From: a virus
Taxonomy: Duplodnaviria > Caudoviricetes
DNA length: 34,682 nt
Strand: one strand, 5' to 3'
Virus record (IMG/VR): IMGVR_UViG_3300016484_000737
Span: 1-34,682 of that record
The translations under genes and the position numbers were made by a program. The notes below the pieces were generated by a model. That model was not told where the DNA came from. It did no database searches and saw only the letters and a list, made by a program, of their open reading frames with translations. Positions 8,930 through 16,277 of this stretch are shown piece by piece. Numbering within the stretch: position 1 is the first letter of the stretch; every line of letters starts with the position of its first letter.

Positions 8930-9316
8930 ATGAAGAACCGAATCCTACCCAAGCAAATCAAAGATGAACGAGAAGCACGTATTGAAGCACAAGGTGGCTG
9001 TTGCGCACTTTGTGGTGCGCCTATCCTCGATGGTGATCGAGTCCATTTGGACCACTGCCATGACACTGGCGTTCTTCGCGGCTCCCTCCATGGTTCCTGC
9101 AACCTGCTACTTGGTAAGCTTGAGCGTGGGCTGAAGTTCGGCATCAGAGACCCTCAGGGATTCCTCGAAAACCTAGCCACGTATGTGATTTCACATCGTG
9201 AAAATCCTGGAGTTCTGCTCCACCCTACCTTCCTTTCACCTGATGAAAAGAAGCTTCGCCAGAAGAAAAGGGCAGCACGCAGGAAGAAGAAAAGTGTAAC
9301 GAACACCAAATTGTAA
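8930..9316 (+). CDS. Recombination endonuclease VII family (His-Me finger) nuclease
   Basis: CALC...VHLDHCHDTGVLRGSLHGSCNLLLGKLE is the EndoVII signature, with a basic C-terminal tail. Start could also be the in-frame ATG 8774. Confidence 0.85.
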   Translation: MKNRILPKQIKDEREARIEAQGGCCALCGAPILDGDRVHLDHCHDTGVLRGSLHGSCNLLLGKLERGLKFGIRDPQGFLENLATYVISHRENPGVLLHPTFLSPDEKKLRQKKRAARRKKKSVTNTKL

Positions 9317-9372
9317 CCGCTCATTCGAGAAAAAGGTCACACTGATGGCCTCGGTTGGTTACAATGATACAT
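9310..9372 (+). promoter_or_regulatory. Putative sigma70-type early promoter of the polymerase gene, with inverted boxes
   Basis: -10-like TACAAT at 9360-9365. ATTGTAACC (9310-9318) is the exact reverse complement of GGTTACAAT (9357-9365). The -35 match is poor. Confidence 0.5.
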
Positions 9373-9373
9373 G

Positions 9374-9466
9374 ATCGTTTAGATCGTGCCTCCTGAAGTC
9401 GGGGGACTGGTTCGAATTTTGAGTGCAATGCTCAAGCTTAGAAGCAGGAGGCACGATCTAAACGAT
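9374..9466 (+). ncRNA. Leader/ncRNA closed by a 22-bp perfect inverted repeat
   Basis: ATCGTTTAGATCGTGCCTCCTG (9374-9395) and CAGGAGGCACGATCTAAACGAT (9445-9466), separated by 49 nt. It starts about 8 nt after the TACAAT box. The repeat is certain; the RNA function is inferred. Confidence 0.5.
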
Positions 9467-9505
9467 TGACTGGGCTCCCCCGCCCCAACTTCTAAGGAGA
9501 ACCGA

Positions 9506-10582
9506 ATGGCAGACACTGCTAGTATCAACATTGAATACGAACCCAACTGGGAAAACCTGCACACGCGCAAGCGTCTTGAAAAAGTCCTGGCGTGGGCACC
9601 ACAGTTCTGCGTGGGCAATCGAGGCACTGTCCTCCCTGTCCGTCTCTCAAGCAAGATCCTCAACGAAGTGTTTGGCCCTAAGGGCAACCAGATGGGCGAC
9701 TACTTCCGCTCAAAACTTCTGGTCGAGGTGAGCAAGAGCTACTCAACGAAGCACAAGTACTGCAAGGAATACCACGTCAAACTTGCCGGCTTCAATGAAC
9801 TTAGTGAGAGACTATTCAACAACTACACACAAACAGCTGATGTTGATACTAGCCGTGCCATTGACCGCCTGAAGGAAAACCACAAGGACGAACTGGCATC
9901 TGGAAAGTTCGTGATGAAGGACGCGAGCTCTCGCTTGTGGCACCCACTGCAGAATCTAAGGCGTGCTGACAAAGCAGTTTTCTGGCAGAACTACCTCCCA
10001 CACAACTACGACATCTCGGCTTGCGCCCCAAGCATTCTCTACCAACTTGCACTCAAGAGTGGCATGCCAGAAATTTTGGCAGAAGCGATTCGACTCTATG
10101 TTGATACTAAGGGCGAGTTCAGACAGCACGTAGCAGACATCTCTGGGCTCTCTGTTGATGATGCAAAGAAGCTCATCAACAGCTTGTTCAATGGTGCTCG
10201 TCTTGCCAAGAACACCCGCTGCACTGCTTTCCAGATGCTTGACTTTGACACCGCCAGAATGGATGCTCTGCAGAAAGATGAGCGCATTCAAGCTCTTCGA
10301 AAGGCAATCCGAAATGCGTGGAAGACTATTGAGATGGCAATGAATTCACACGCTCCAAAAGGTGCAAAGGTTTCGCTCAAGACATCCAAGGTCAAGTGGG
10401 GCATCTACTTCAGCATGGAGCGCAAGGTGCTGAACGCCATCACGCGAGAGCTTGACAACCAAGATCTGCACTACTTCACTGAACACGACGGTTTCCGCAC
10501 CAACAAAGTTCCCAACATTCCTGCCATCGAGCAGGCTATTTTCACAGCAACCAAGCTTCGGCTTACCATCCTAGGAGATTGA
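9506..10582 (+). CDS. Minimal family-A DNA polymerase-like protein (TV-Pol-like putative primase/polymerase, replication initiator)
   Basis: 358 aa with RBS TAAGGAG. Ordered motifs SSRLWHPLQNL (cf. PolA TGRLSS..PNLQNI), NYDISACAPSIL (motif A, D169), AKKLINSLFNG (motif B, K221) and YFTEHDGF (motif C, H327-D328). No exonuclease domain. Confidence 0.72.
   Translation: MADTASINIEYEPNWENLHTRKRLEKVLAWAPQFCVGNRGTVLPVRLSSKILNEVFGPKGNQMGDYFRSKLLVEVSKSYSTKHKYCKEYHVKLAGFNELSERLFNNYTQTADVDTSRAIDRLKENHKDELASGKFVMKDASSRLWHPLQNLRRADKAVFWQNYLPHNYDISACAPSILYQLALKSGMPEILAEAIRLYVDTKGEFRQHVADISGLSVDDAKKLINSLFNGARLAKNTRCTAFQMLDFDTARMDALQKDERIQALRKAIRNAWKTIEMAMNSHAPKGAKVSLKTSKVKWGIYFSMERKVLNAITRELDNQDLHYFTEHDGFRTNKVPNIPAIEQAIFTATKLRLTILGD
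9806..9855 (+). repeat. Dispersed 50-bp element, copy 1 (inside polymerase gene, codons 101-117)
   Basis: GAGAGACTATTCAACAACTACACACAAACAGCTGATGTTGATACTAGCCG. Extra core copies at 9518-9531 (minus strand) and 10098-10109 (plus strand). Confidence 0.95.
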
Positions 10583-10583
10583 A

Positions 10584-11042
10584 ATGGACCAACTCATGTT
10601 TACCGAACACCTGAAGGACCTCAAGCGCGGCGATCTGCTGACGCCAGAACTGCTCTCAGAGCTCCTCAGTGCCTCCCAGATCACACAGGCTCAGGCCGAT
10701 GAAGTGGCATCTTACACGCCATCTGAGGAGTTCAAGCGCCTCAAGACGAAGCTCGAAGCTGCTGATGCAGAGACTGCTGAGGACATCAACCTCCTCGAAG
10801 CAAGTCTGAATCTTGCCAAGGAGTTCAGCCTGATCACTGAGGGCGAGTACGATGATCTGTTCGAGCTGTTTGATGGCACCTATGGGCTACGCATTGTGGA
10901 GCACGAAGGTCTACAGATGGTTGCCTGTGCAGTCCCTTTCTACAACGGCAAGGAAAGCCTGCGAGGTGATGGCTGTGTCTACATGTACGACGGAATGTGG
11001 ATCAACATCTTTGATGGCACCATGAAAGACGAACGAGCCTAA
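10584..11042 (+). CDS. Acidic hypothetical protein co-transcribed with the polymerase
   Basis: 152 aa, RBS AGGAG, starting 1 nt after the polymerase stop. D/E-rich. Confidence 0.75.
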   Translation: MDQLMFTEHLKDLKRGDLLTPELLSELLSASQITQAQADEVASYTPSEEFKRLKTKLEAADAETAEDINLLEASLNLAKEFSLITEGEYDDLFELFDGTYGLRIVEHEGLQMVACAVPFYNGKESLRGDGCVYMYDGMWINIFDGTMKDERA

Positions 11043-11055
11043 TAGGCCAATCTTC

Positions 11056-11090
11056 CGACAAAAGGACCCGAAGGTCCTTTTGTCGTTTCT
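11056..11090 (+). terminator. Intrinsic terminator, probably bidirectional
   Basis: CGACAAAAGGACC-CGAA-GGTCCTTTTGTCG forms a 13-bp perfect stem, followed by TTTCT. Confidence 0.85.
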
Positions 11091-11117
11091 GGGCCAGGTT
11101 GAGTTCCCTCCTGAGAA

Positions 11118-11167
11118 TTTCTGATACATATCTTATGACTCGGTTACAATGTAACTTGTATCAGAAA
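11118..11167 (+). promoter_or_regulatory. Putative sigma70-type promoter of the sigma factor gene with nested operator-like inverted repeats
   Basis: CTGATA (11121-11126), 18 bp, then TACAAT (11145-11150). Palindrome GTTACA-A-TGTAAC at 11143-11155. Outer inverted repeat TTTCTGATACA 11118-11128 / TGTATCAGAAA 11157-11167. Confidence 0.55.
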
Positions 11168-11177
11168 AGGACCTCCA

Positions 11178-11597
11178 GTGCCCCAAAATGAACGCAAACA
11201 CTACCTCTCCAACAAAGATTTGTTGGCTGCTATCGAAGAAGCCAAGCAAGTTGGTTTCCTCACGAACAAGCTCGCAAAGATGCTCACCCTCCTTGCTGAG
11301 CGCTATTCCTACCACCCATGGTTCTGCAACTACAGCTTCCGTGAGGACATGGTCTCAGAGGCAGTCACAAACCTCGTAAAGAACTGGCACAAGTTCGATG
11401 CCACCAAATCGAACAATCCCTTCGCCTTCTACACAACTGCTATTCGACGCAGCTACCTAGGCTACCTTGAAAGAGAGCGTGAACAAAGCTCCATCAAAGA
11501 TGCCCTCCTCGTGGAAGAAGGATTCACCCCAAGCTGGAACTACCAAGCACGCATGGCCGGATCAGACATGGCGTTCATGACAGTGGAGGCAGAATGA
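11178..11597 (+). CDS. gp55: T4 gp55-like sigma factor for late transcription
   Basis: 139 aa, GTG start with AAGGA RBS. HYLSNKDLL...LAERYSYHPWFCNYSFREDMVSEA...KFDATKSNNPFAFYT follows the gp55 pattern HYVNNK...F.NY..REDMI......FD..KS.NPFAY.T. Confidence 0.82.
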   Translation: MPQNERKHYLSNKDLLAAIEEAKQVGFLTNKLAKMLTLLAERYSYHPWFCNYSFREDMVSEAVTNLVKNWHKFDATKSNNPFAFYTTAIRRSYLGYLEREREQSSIKDALLVEEGFTPSWNYQARMAGSDMAFMTVEAE

Positions 11598-11827
11598 GCT
11601 TTCGCAAAGTCAATTGGGACGGTTTCAAACTTGGTGGCCACTATCAGAAAGCAAGAGTCAGCTTCGCACCACCCAAGAAGCAAGATCGAAGGGACAATGC
11701 GCAGGAGGTCAGAATCTCCAACGCCATCTCAAAGTCTCTCAAATCCAAGCGCAAGAACGAAGAGCTGTTTGCCAGCCTCTCAGAAGAACGTCAACAAGCG
11801 ATCCTCAAGGCGCTAGTATCAACATAA
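11594..11827 (+). CDS. Small basic hypothetical protein
   Basis: 77 aa with ATGA overlap on the sigma gene. K/R-rich. Its last codons contain a core repeat (11812-11826). Confidence 0.6.
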   Translation: MSFRKVNWDGFKLGGHYQKARVSFAPPKKQDRRDNAQEVRISNAISKSLKSKRKNEELFASLSEERQQAILKALVST

Positions 11828-11855
11828 TAAGAAACTCACCTGGCGATTGAACCTT

Positions 11856-11906
11856 CGGCTAGTATCAACATCAGCTGTTGTGTGTAATTTGTTGAATAGT
11901 CCTCTC
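11856..11906 (-). repeat. Dispersed element, copy 2 (inverted, intergenic)
   Basis: Reverse complement reads GAGAGGACTATTCAACAAATTACACACAACAGCTGATGTTGATACTAGCCG. Satellite core at 11812-11826, offset 46 bp. Confidence 0.95.
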
Positions 11907-11908
11907 CT

Positions 11909-11919
11909 ACGATAAATAG
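11909..11919 (+). promoter_or_regulatory. Putative late promoter (ACGATAAATAG) for the packaging operon
   Basis: Identical 11-mer at 15555, 17294 and 27602. Confidence 0.75.
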
Positions 11920-11997
11920 AAGGTCAGCTTGGCAGATTACATCACCTGTCAGGTCGAACTATACCCATACAAGACCTCCAAGGAAAAGGAATCAGCT

Positions 11998-12459
11998 ATG
12001 AGCATCAGCTCCCGTCCTGATCTGTCTACTTCACTGAAAGTATCAGGAAATCGAACAAACTACAAGCCCGTCGAAATGACAGATGAGTCTGTCTTTGACC
12101 TGGCCCGCCACTACTACACCCTCGACGAGATTGCAGCTCGTTTTGGCGTGTCCAATCACACTGTCCTAGAGCACCATGGTGATGCCTTCCGTGAGGGAAA
12201 GCACAATGCTATGCAGAAGCCGCGGATGCTGTTGAACAAGATCTTTGACGACTTCATGGGCTCTGATGGAGACACCGTGAACTTTGCTCGTCCAGACGTC
12301 CCAGTCCACAACCTTTTGAAGGCCATTGAGCTCCACGCCAAGAAGTACGAAGGTATGGGCTCCAAGCAGACCATTGAGCACAAGGGTCTGAACTACGACT
12401 CTGTGGAATCCCAAGTCGAAGTCATTGAGCGCCCAGTGGAGGAATCTGATGAGGACTGA
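11998..12459 (+). CDS. terS: Terminase small subunit
   Basis: 153 aa from ATG 11998 (RBS AAGGA). HTH-like YTLDEIAARFGVSNHTV. Overlaps the start of terL. Confidence 0.7.
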   Translation: MSISSRPDLSTSLKVSGNRTNYKPVEMTDESVFDLARHYYTLDEIAARFGVSNHTVLEHHGDAFREGKHNAMQKPRMLLNKIFDDFMGSDGDTVNFARPDVPVHNLLKAIELHAKKYEGMGSKQTIEHKGLNYDSVESQVEVIERPVEESDED

Positions 12460-13816
12460 GCGTGTATTGAAGTTGAAGCCGCGCTTGATGCCTCACCAGG
12501 TCGACTTTGTGATGGACGACTTCACCCCTATTCAAGGGTTTGTGGGTGGCTATCGAGCTGGTAAGTCTGAAGCCCTGACTTGGAAGTCATTGCGTTGTGC
12601 TACTGAGCTTTTCCCAGGCGAACATGGGGTCATCATTAGCCCAATCGCTGGTATGAATCAGCGGAACATTGTTCCTATTCTTCGTCGCATCATGCCTACT
12701 ACTGGCCTTGAGTACGACGTTGAGGGTCTCGCAAACAAGCGTGTTGACCACCTCGACATCAAGGTTGGTAATCGCATGAGCCGTATTTGGCTTGGTGTCT
12801 CTGCTGAAAACTACACCCGCATGAACGGTATGTCTCTTGCTTGGGGTGGCTTCGATGAGGCTGACCTTTGCCGCAATGCTGAGACTGCCTATGACGCCTT
12901 TGTGGAGCTTGGCAACCGTTTGTCTGAGGCTGAGAACGCCCTCCAATTTGCTGTGTCCACGCCTGAAGGCTTCAACAACTTCATGTACCGTCGCTTTGTT
13001 GAAGAGCGCAATGTGGAGTGGTTGATGAAGGAGCGCACCATGACCAAGGAGGAAGCAGAAGCTGCTGCGGCCAAGGTCAAGATCTGGCACGTGAAGATGA
13101 CTGACAACTTCTTGCTGCCAAAGGGCTATCTTGCTTCTCGCCTGGCCAACATTCCAGCCAACAAGCAATCTGCCTACGTGAATGGTGAGTTCGCAAACAT
13201 CTTCACTAAGACGGTGTATGAGTGCTTTGACCGCGTAGAGAACCACACCGACATGACGGACATGACTAATCCTCATGCCCCAATCCACATTGGTATGGAC
13301 TTCAACGTGGAACACTGCGCTGCTATTGCCCATGTGATTGACCAGAATGGCGACCCACACGCAGTCTACGAGTTCATTGACCTCTTCAACACCGAGAAGA
13401 TGTGTCAAGCGATCAAGGCGAAGTATGGCACTCGTCGTGTCATTGTCTATCCTGATGCGTCAGGCAAGAACCGCAATGCTGCTGGTCTGAGCACATCTCA
13501 CGCCATCATTCGGCAATATGGCTTCGAGATCAAAGTGCCTAATCAGAACCCAGGCGTTTGGAAAGATCGCCCAAATGATGAAGGCAACCGCGTCAACACC
13601 ATGAACGCTATGTTCAAGGCTGCGAATGGGAAGCGCAGATACAAGGTAAATACAAGGCTCTGCCCCACTTATACACGGTGCTTGGAGCGCCAAGGGTGGA
13701 AAGATGGTGAGCCTGACAAGTCCAACAACGTCGACCACCCGCTTGATGCAGGCGGCTACTTCATTCACTTCAACTACAACCTACAGGGCCGTCCATCGGT
13801 AAGACAACATGGCTAA
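12449..13816 (+). CDS. terL: Terminase large subunit
   Basis: 455 aa from ATG 12449. PHQ motif, Walker A GGYRAGKS, Walker B GGFDEAD, STPEG, and RNase H-like nuclease motifs GMDFN, PDASG and DHPLDA. Confidence 0.95.
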   Translation: MRTERVLKLKPRLMPHQVDFVMDDFTPIQGFVGGYRAGKSEALTWKSLRCATELFPGEHGVIISPIAGMNQRNIVPILRRIMPTTGLEYDVEGLANKRVDHLDIKVGNRMSRIWLGVSAENYTRMNGMSLAWGGFDEADLCRNAETAYDAFVELGNRLSEAENALQFAVSTPEGFNNFMYRRFVEERNVEWLMKERTMTKEEAEAAAAKVKIWHVKMTDNFLLPKGYLASRLANIPANKQSAYVNGEFANIFTKTVYECFDRVENHTDMTDMTNPHAPIHIGMDFNVEHCAAIAHVIDQNGDPHAVYEFIDLFNTEKMCQAIKAKYGTRRVIVYPDASGKNRNAAGLSTSHAIIRQYGFEIKVPNQNPGVWKDRPNDEGNRVNTMNAMFKAANGKRRYKVNTRLCPTYTRCLERQGWKDGEPDKSNNVDHPLDAGGYFIHFNYNLQGRPSVRQHG

Positions 13817-15260
13817 GATCACAGACCTCTTTGACGGAACCAACAAGGACTCCGCTCAAGCATTCCTTGACTACTACGACGGTAAGCAAAAGCCTTACCT
13901 CATGAAGAAGCTGCGTAAGCTTCGCAAGAACGCCATTACTAAAGGCCTGCAGCCACGCCATCGCAACATTGTGAAGATGGTTGTTGACAAGTCTGGTCTA
14001 CTGTTCAATGGCAAACCGCCTACTCTCAACATCTATGTTGGTGAGGACCAGACGCAGATTGATGAAAATCAGTCAGCTGAGCTGATGGTGTGGCTTGATT
14101 CTTGCGACTGGGTTGAGTTCTTCACCAACTTCGACGCTGTGGTGCGTATGCTTCGCACAGGTGTTGTCCTGTGGCAGTACATCCCTCCGTCTGATGGTGA
14201 AGCTCCTGCGCTGTACCCAATCATCCTCGGTCAGCACAATTCTGCTGTTCACGTTGACAACATCACTCGCAAGATTGACACCGTTGTGTACTGCACCGGC
14301 AAGACCAAGGACGGTGAAACCTTCCGTGTGTGGACGCCTGAGGTGATTCAAGACCTGTTTGTTGACAAGCACGGTCAAGAGTCCATCATCAATGCTGAGC
14401 CAAATCCGTATGGTGCTGTTCCAGCTTCTGCTTTCCACGACACCAACACCCCACGTGATGGATTCTGGAATGAGATTCCTGAGGACCTCATCGAAATCAA
14501 CGACATCTACAACATTGCGCTGAGTGACTCTGAATACTCGTCGATGTGGGCAAAGTATCAGACTGCTGTCACGAACTCTCGTGTGGCTGCTTCTGATAAC
14601 CAAGCCGGCCTGATGGTCCCTGTGAACATCCCAGGCACTCCATATGACCGTATGGTTGAAACTACACCAGCTGCTTTGGGTGGCCCAGACACCATTCTGG
14701 AGCTCGACACCAACGGTGTGCAAGCACCTTTCTTCGAGTACAAGGGCCCTAAGCCAGACTTGATGCCACTTGACTCCATTGTGAAGCAGTGGGTCATCGA
14801 CTTTGCTGGCGACTGGAGTGTGAATGCTGCTGTTGAAACAAATGCATCTGACTCTGGCTTCAAGCTGATTGTGCGCGAAATGCCAAACCTGGAGCTGCGC
14901 AAGAAGCGCCAGCGCATGTTTGAGGCAGGCTTCCACCGCATGTTCAAGGTCATCAAGCTTGTCGTGAACACCTTCCACCCTGGAACATTCACTGACGATG
15001 CTGAGCTGTTTGTCAAGTTCGCCAACCCAGACCTTCCAATCGATGAGAAGACCACTGAAGAAGTGTGGAGCCGCCGTATCAAGGAAGGTCGTGCTTCTCG
15101 TCTCATGTACTTCATGCAAGTCCACGGCATGACTGAGAAGGAAGCTCAGGCCACGATTGATGAGATTGATGCTGAAGCTGCTGCACCAGCCCCAGCTACG
15201 CCTCAAGTCACTGGCGTGACAGCAGACCAGAACATGGTCACAACTAACGTCACCATCTGA
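13809..15260 (+). CDS. Portal protein (SPP1 gp6-like)
   Basis: 483 aa directly after terL. DYYDGKQ, NIVKMVVD, NPYGAVP and LIEINDIYN motifs. Confidence 0.85.
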   Translation: MAKITDLFDGTNKDSAQAFLDYYDGKQKPYLMKKLRKLRKNAITKGLQPRHRNIVKMVVDKSGLLFNGKPPTLNIYVGEDQTQIDENQSAELMVWLDSCDWVEFFTNFDAVVRMLRTGVVLWQYIPPSDGEAPALYPIILGQHNSAVHVDNITRKIDTVVYCTGKTKDGETFRVWTPEVIQDLFVDKHGQESIINAEPNPYGAVPASAFHDTNTPRDGFWNEIPEDLIEINDIYNIALSDSEYSSMWAKYQTAVTNSRVAASDNQAGLMVPVNIPGTPYDRMVETTPAALGGPDTILELDTNGVQAPFFEYKGPKPDLMPLDSIVKQWVIDFAGDWSVNAAVETNASDSGFKLIVREMPNLELRKKRQRMFEAGFHRMFKVIKLVVNTFHPGTFTDDAELFVKFANPDLPIDEKTTEEVWSRRIKEGRASRLMYFMQVHGMTEKEAQATIDEIDAEAAAPAPATPQVTGVTADQNMVTTNVTI

Positions 15261-15544
15261 TGCCAGCAATCTCGGTCAGGATCAGGAACTCAAGTCTTGA
15301 TGGCTTCGCTTGGGAAGCTGTCAAGGATGAGTTCTTTCAGCTCCTCATTGACCTAACCCCGGTTGACACTGGGCTATGCAGAGATAGTTGGGAACGTGAG
15401 GACAATGGGGATGTGTTCATCGCATTCAACCCAACGGAATACGCTAGTTATCTTGACGAAGGTTGGTCAAAACAGGCTCCTAGGGGCATGATTCGACCTG
15501 CGTTGGATGAGCTCGAAAATATTGTGGCTGGTTATCGCAATTGA
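15260..15544 (+). CDS. HK97 gp10-like morphogenesis protein
   Basis: 94 aa. TPVDTGLCRDSW...NPTEYASYLDEGWSKQAPRGMIRPA. Confidence 0.75.
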   Translation: MPAISVRIRNSSLDGFAWEAVKDEFFQLLIDLTPVDTGLCRDSWEREDNGDVFIAFNPTEYASYLDEGWSKQAPRGMIRPALDELENIVAGYRN

Positions 15545-15548
15545 CCGC

Positions 15549-15567
15549 CAAAACACGATAAATAGAA
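15549..15567 (+). promoter_or_regulatory. Putative late promoter for scaffold and capsid
   Basis: CAAAACACGATAAATAGAA, 19 bp identical to 27596-27614. Confidence 0.8.
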
Positions 15568-15634
15568 AGCGCGGTAGACCACTACTGCCACCTAATCTTC
15601 ATATCATACTTCCTGGACAGGAGAAGTCATCACC

Positions 15635-16252
15635 ATGACAACAGAGAACCAAGGCGAGGGCACGCCTCAAAACAATGCCAACGGCGCCGACGACAATGCA
15701 GCAACTGAAGCAGAAACCCTTCGAGGTGAACTGCTGAAGGTCACGCAAGAACGTGATGCAGCAAAGAAGAAAGCAAGGGACTACGAACAAGCTGCTAAGC
15801 AGGCAGATCAATGGAAGAGCCAAGTTGAGGCTCTGACTGTTGAGAAGAGCAATCTTCACAGCCAGCTGACTGCCATTCAGAACACTGTCCGAGACAAGGA
15901 CGTGAGCCAGCATCTTACCACCGCCTTGGAAGCTGCAGGAGCACGAAATGTCGAAGGTGCAATGAAGCTGATTGACCGCAGTAAGGTCGAGTTTGGTGAA
16001 GACGGAAACGTCAAGATCGAGAGTGTTTCTGCTCTTGTCAATGCAACGAAGGCATCTGACCCGTGGGCTTTCAAGGAGCCAGAGGATCCCCAAGGAAAAA
16101 AGGGGAACTCTTCCAGTACTACTGGATCACAACAGCCGCCTACCGTCAAGGGTGCTGCCCAACTTGATGCAAAGGGCGCATTTGAGACAGAACTTCGTGC
16201 TGCAAAGACACCACAAGAGCTTCAAGCAGTCTTGAAGAAGTATGGTAAGTAA
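15635..16252 (+). CDS. Capsid scaffolding protein
   Basis: 205 aa with acidic N-terminus, coiled coil, ALEAAGARN, PWAF and a G/S/P-rich tail. Directly upstream of the capsid gene. Confidence 0.85.
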   Translation: MTTENQGEGTPQNNANGADDNAATEAETLRGELLKVTQERDAAKKKARDYEQAAKQADQWKSQVEALTVEKSNLHSQLTAIQNTVRDKDVSQHLTTALEAAGARNVEGAMKLIDRSKVEFGEDGNVKIESVSALVNATKASDPWAFKEPEDPQGKKGNSSSTTGSQQPPTVKGAAQLDAKGAFETELRAAKTPQELQAVLKKYGK

Positions 16253-16277
16253 CTCAATCTCATAAGGAGTCATTCAA

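Noticed and set aside
9405-9425. tRNA T-loop-like GGTTCGAAT
   Set aside because: The flanks do not form a T-stem, and no cloverleaf, acceptor stem or CCA is present.
9374-9466. 22-bp inverted repeat as a hairpin telomere or invertible switch
   Set aside because: It is not a contiguous palindrome (49-nt spacer), and no protelomerase or invertase gene is recognisable in the apparently complete genome.
9806-11906. Element copies 1 and 2 as terminal inverted repeats of a transposon or invertible segment
   Set aside because: Copy 1 is in frame inside an intact gene, no transposase or recombinase lies between them, no target duplication was seen, and a third copy lies far away.
11929-11997. Longer ORF-track starts (terS TTG 11929; also 4269, 6263, 7087, 12425, 17417, 25845, 26210, 33393)
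   Set aside because: Downstream ATGs have better RBSs or stop-start overlaps and were used instead.
14073-15269. Long minus-strand ORFs (398 aa here; also 12587-13408, 16260-17096, 30992-31879)
   Set aside because: They lie exactly antisense to portal, terL, capsid and TMP, show no recognisable motifs, and are the expected shadow of codon bias on the + strand.
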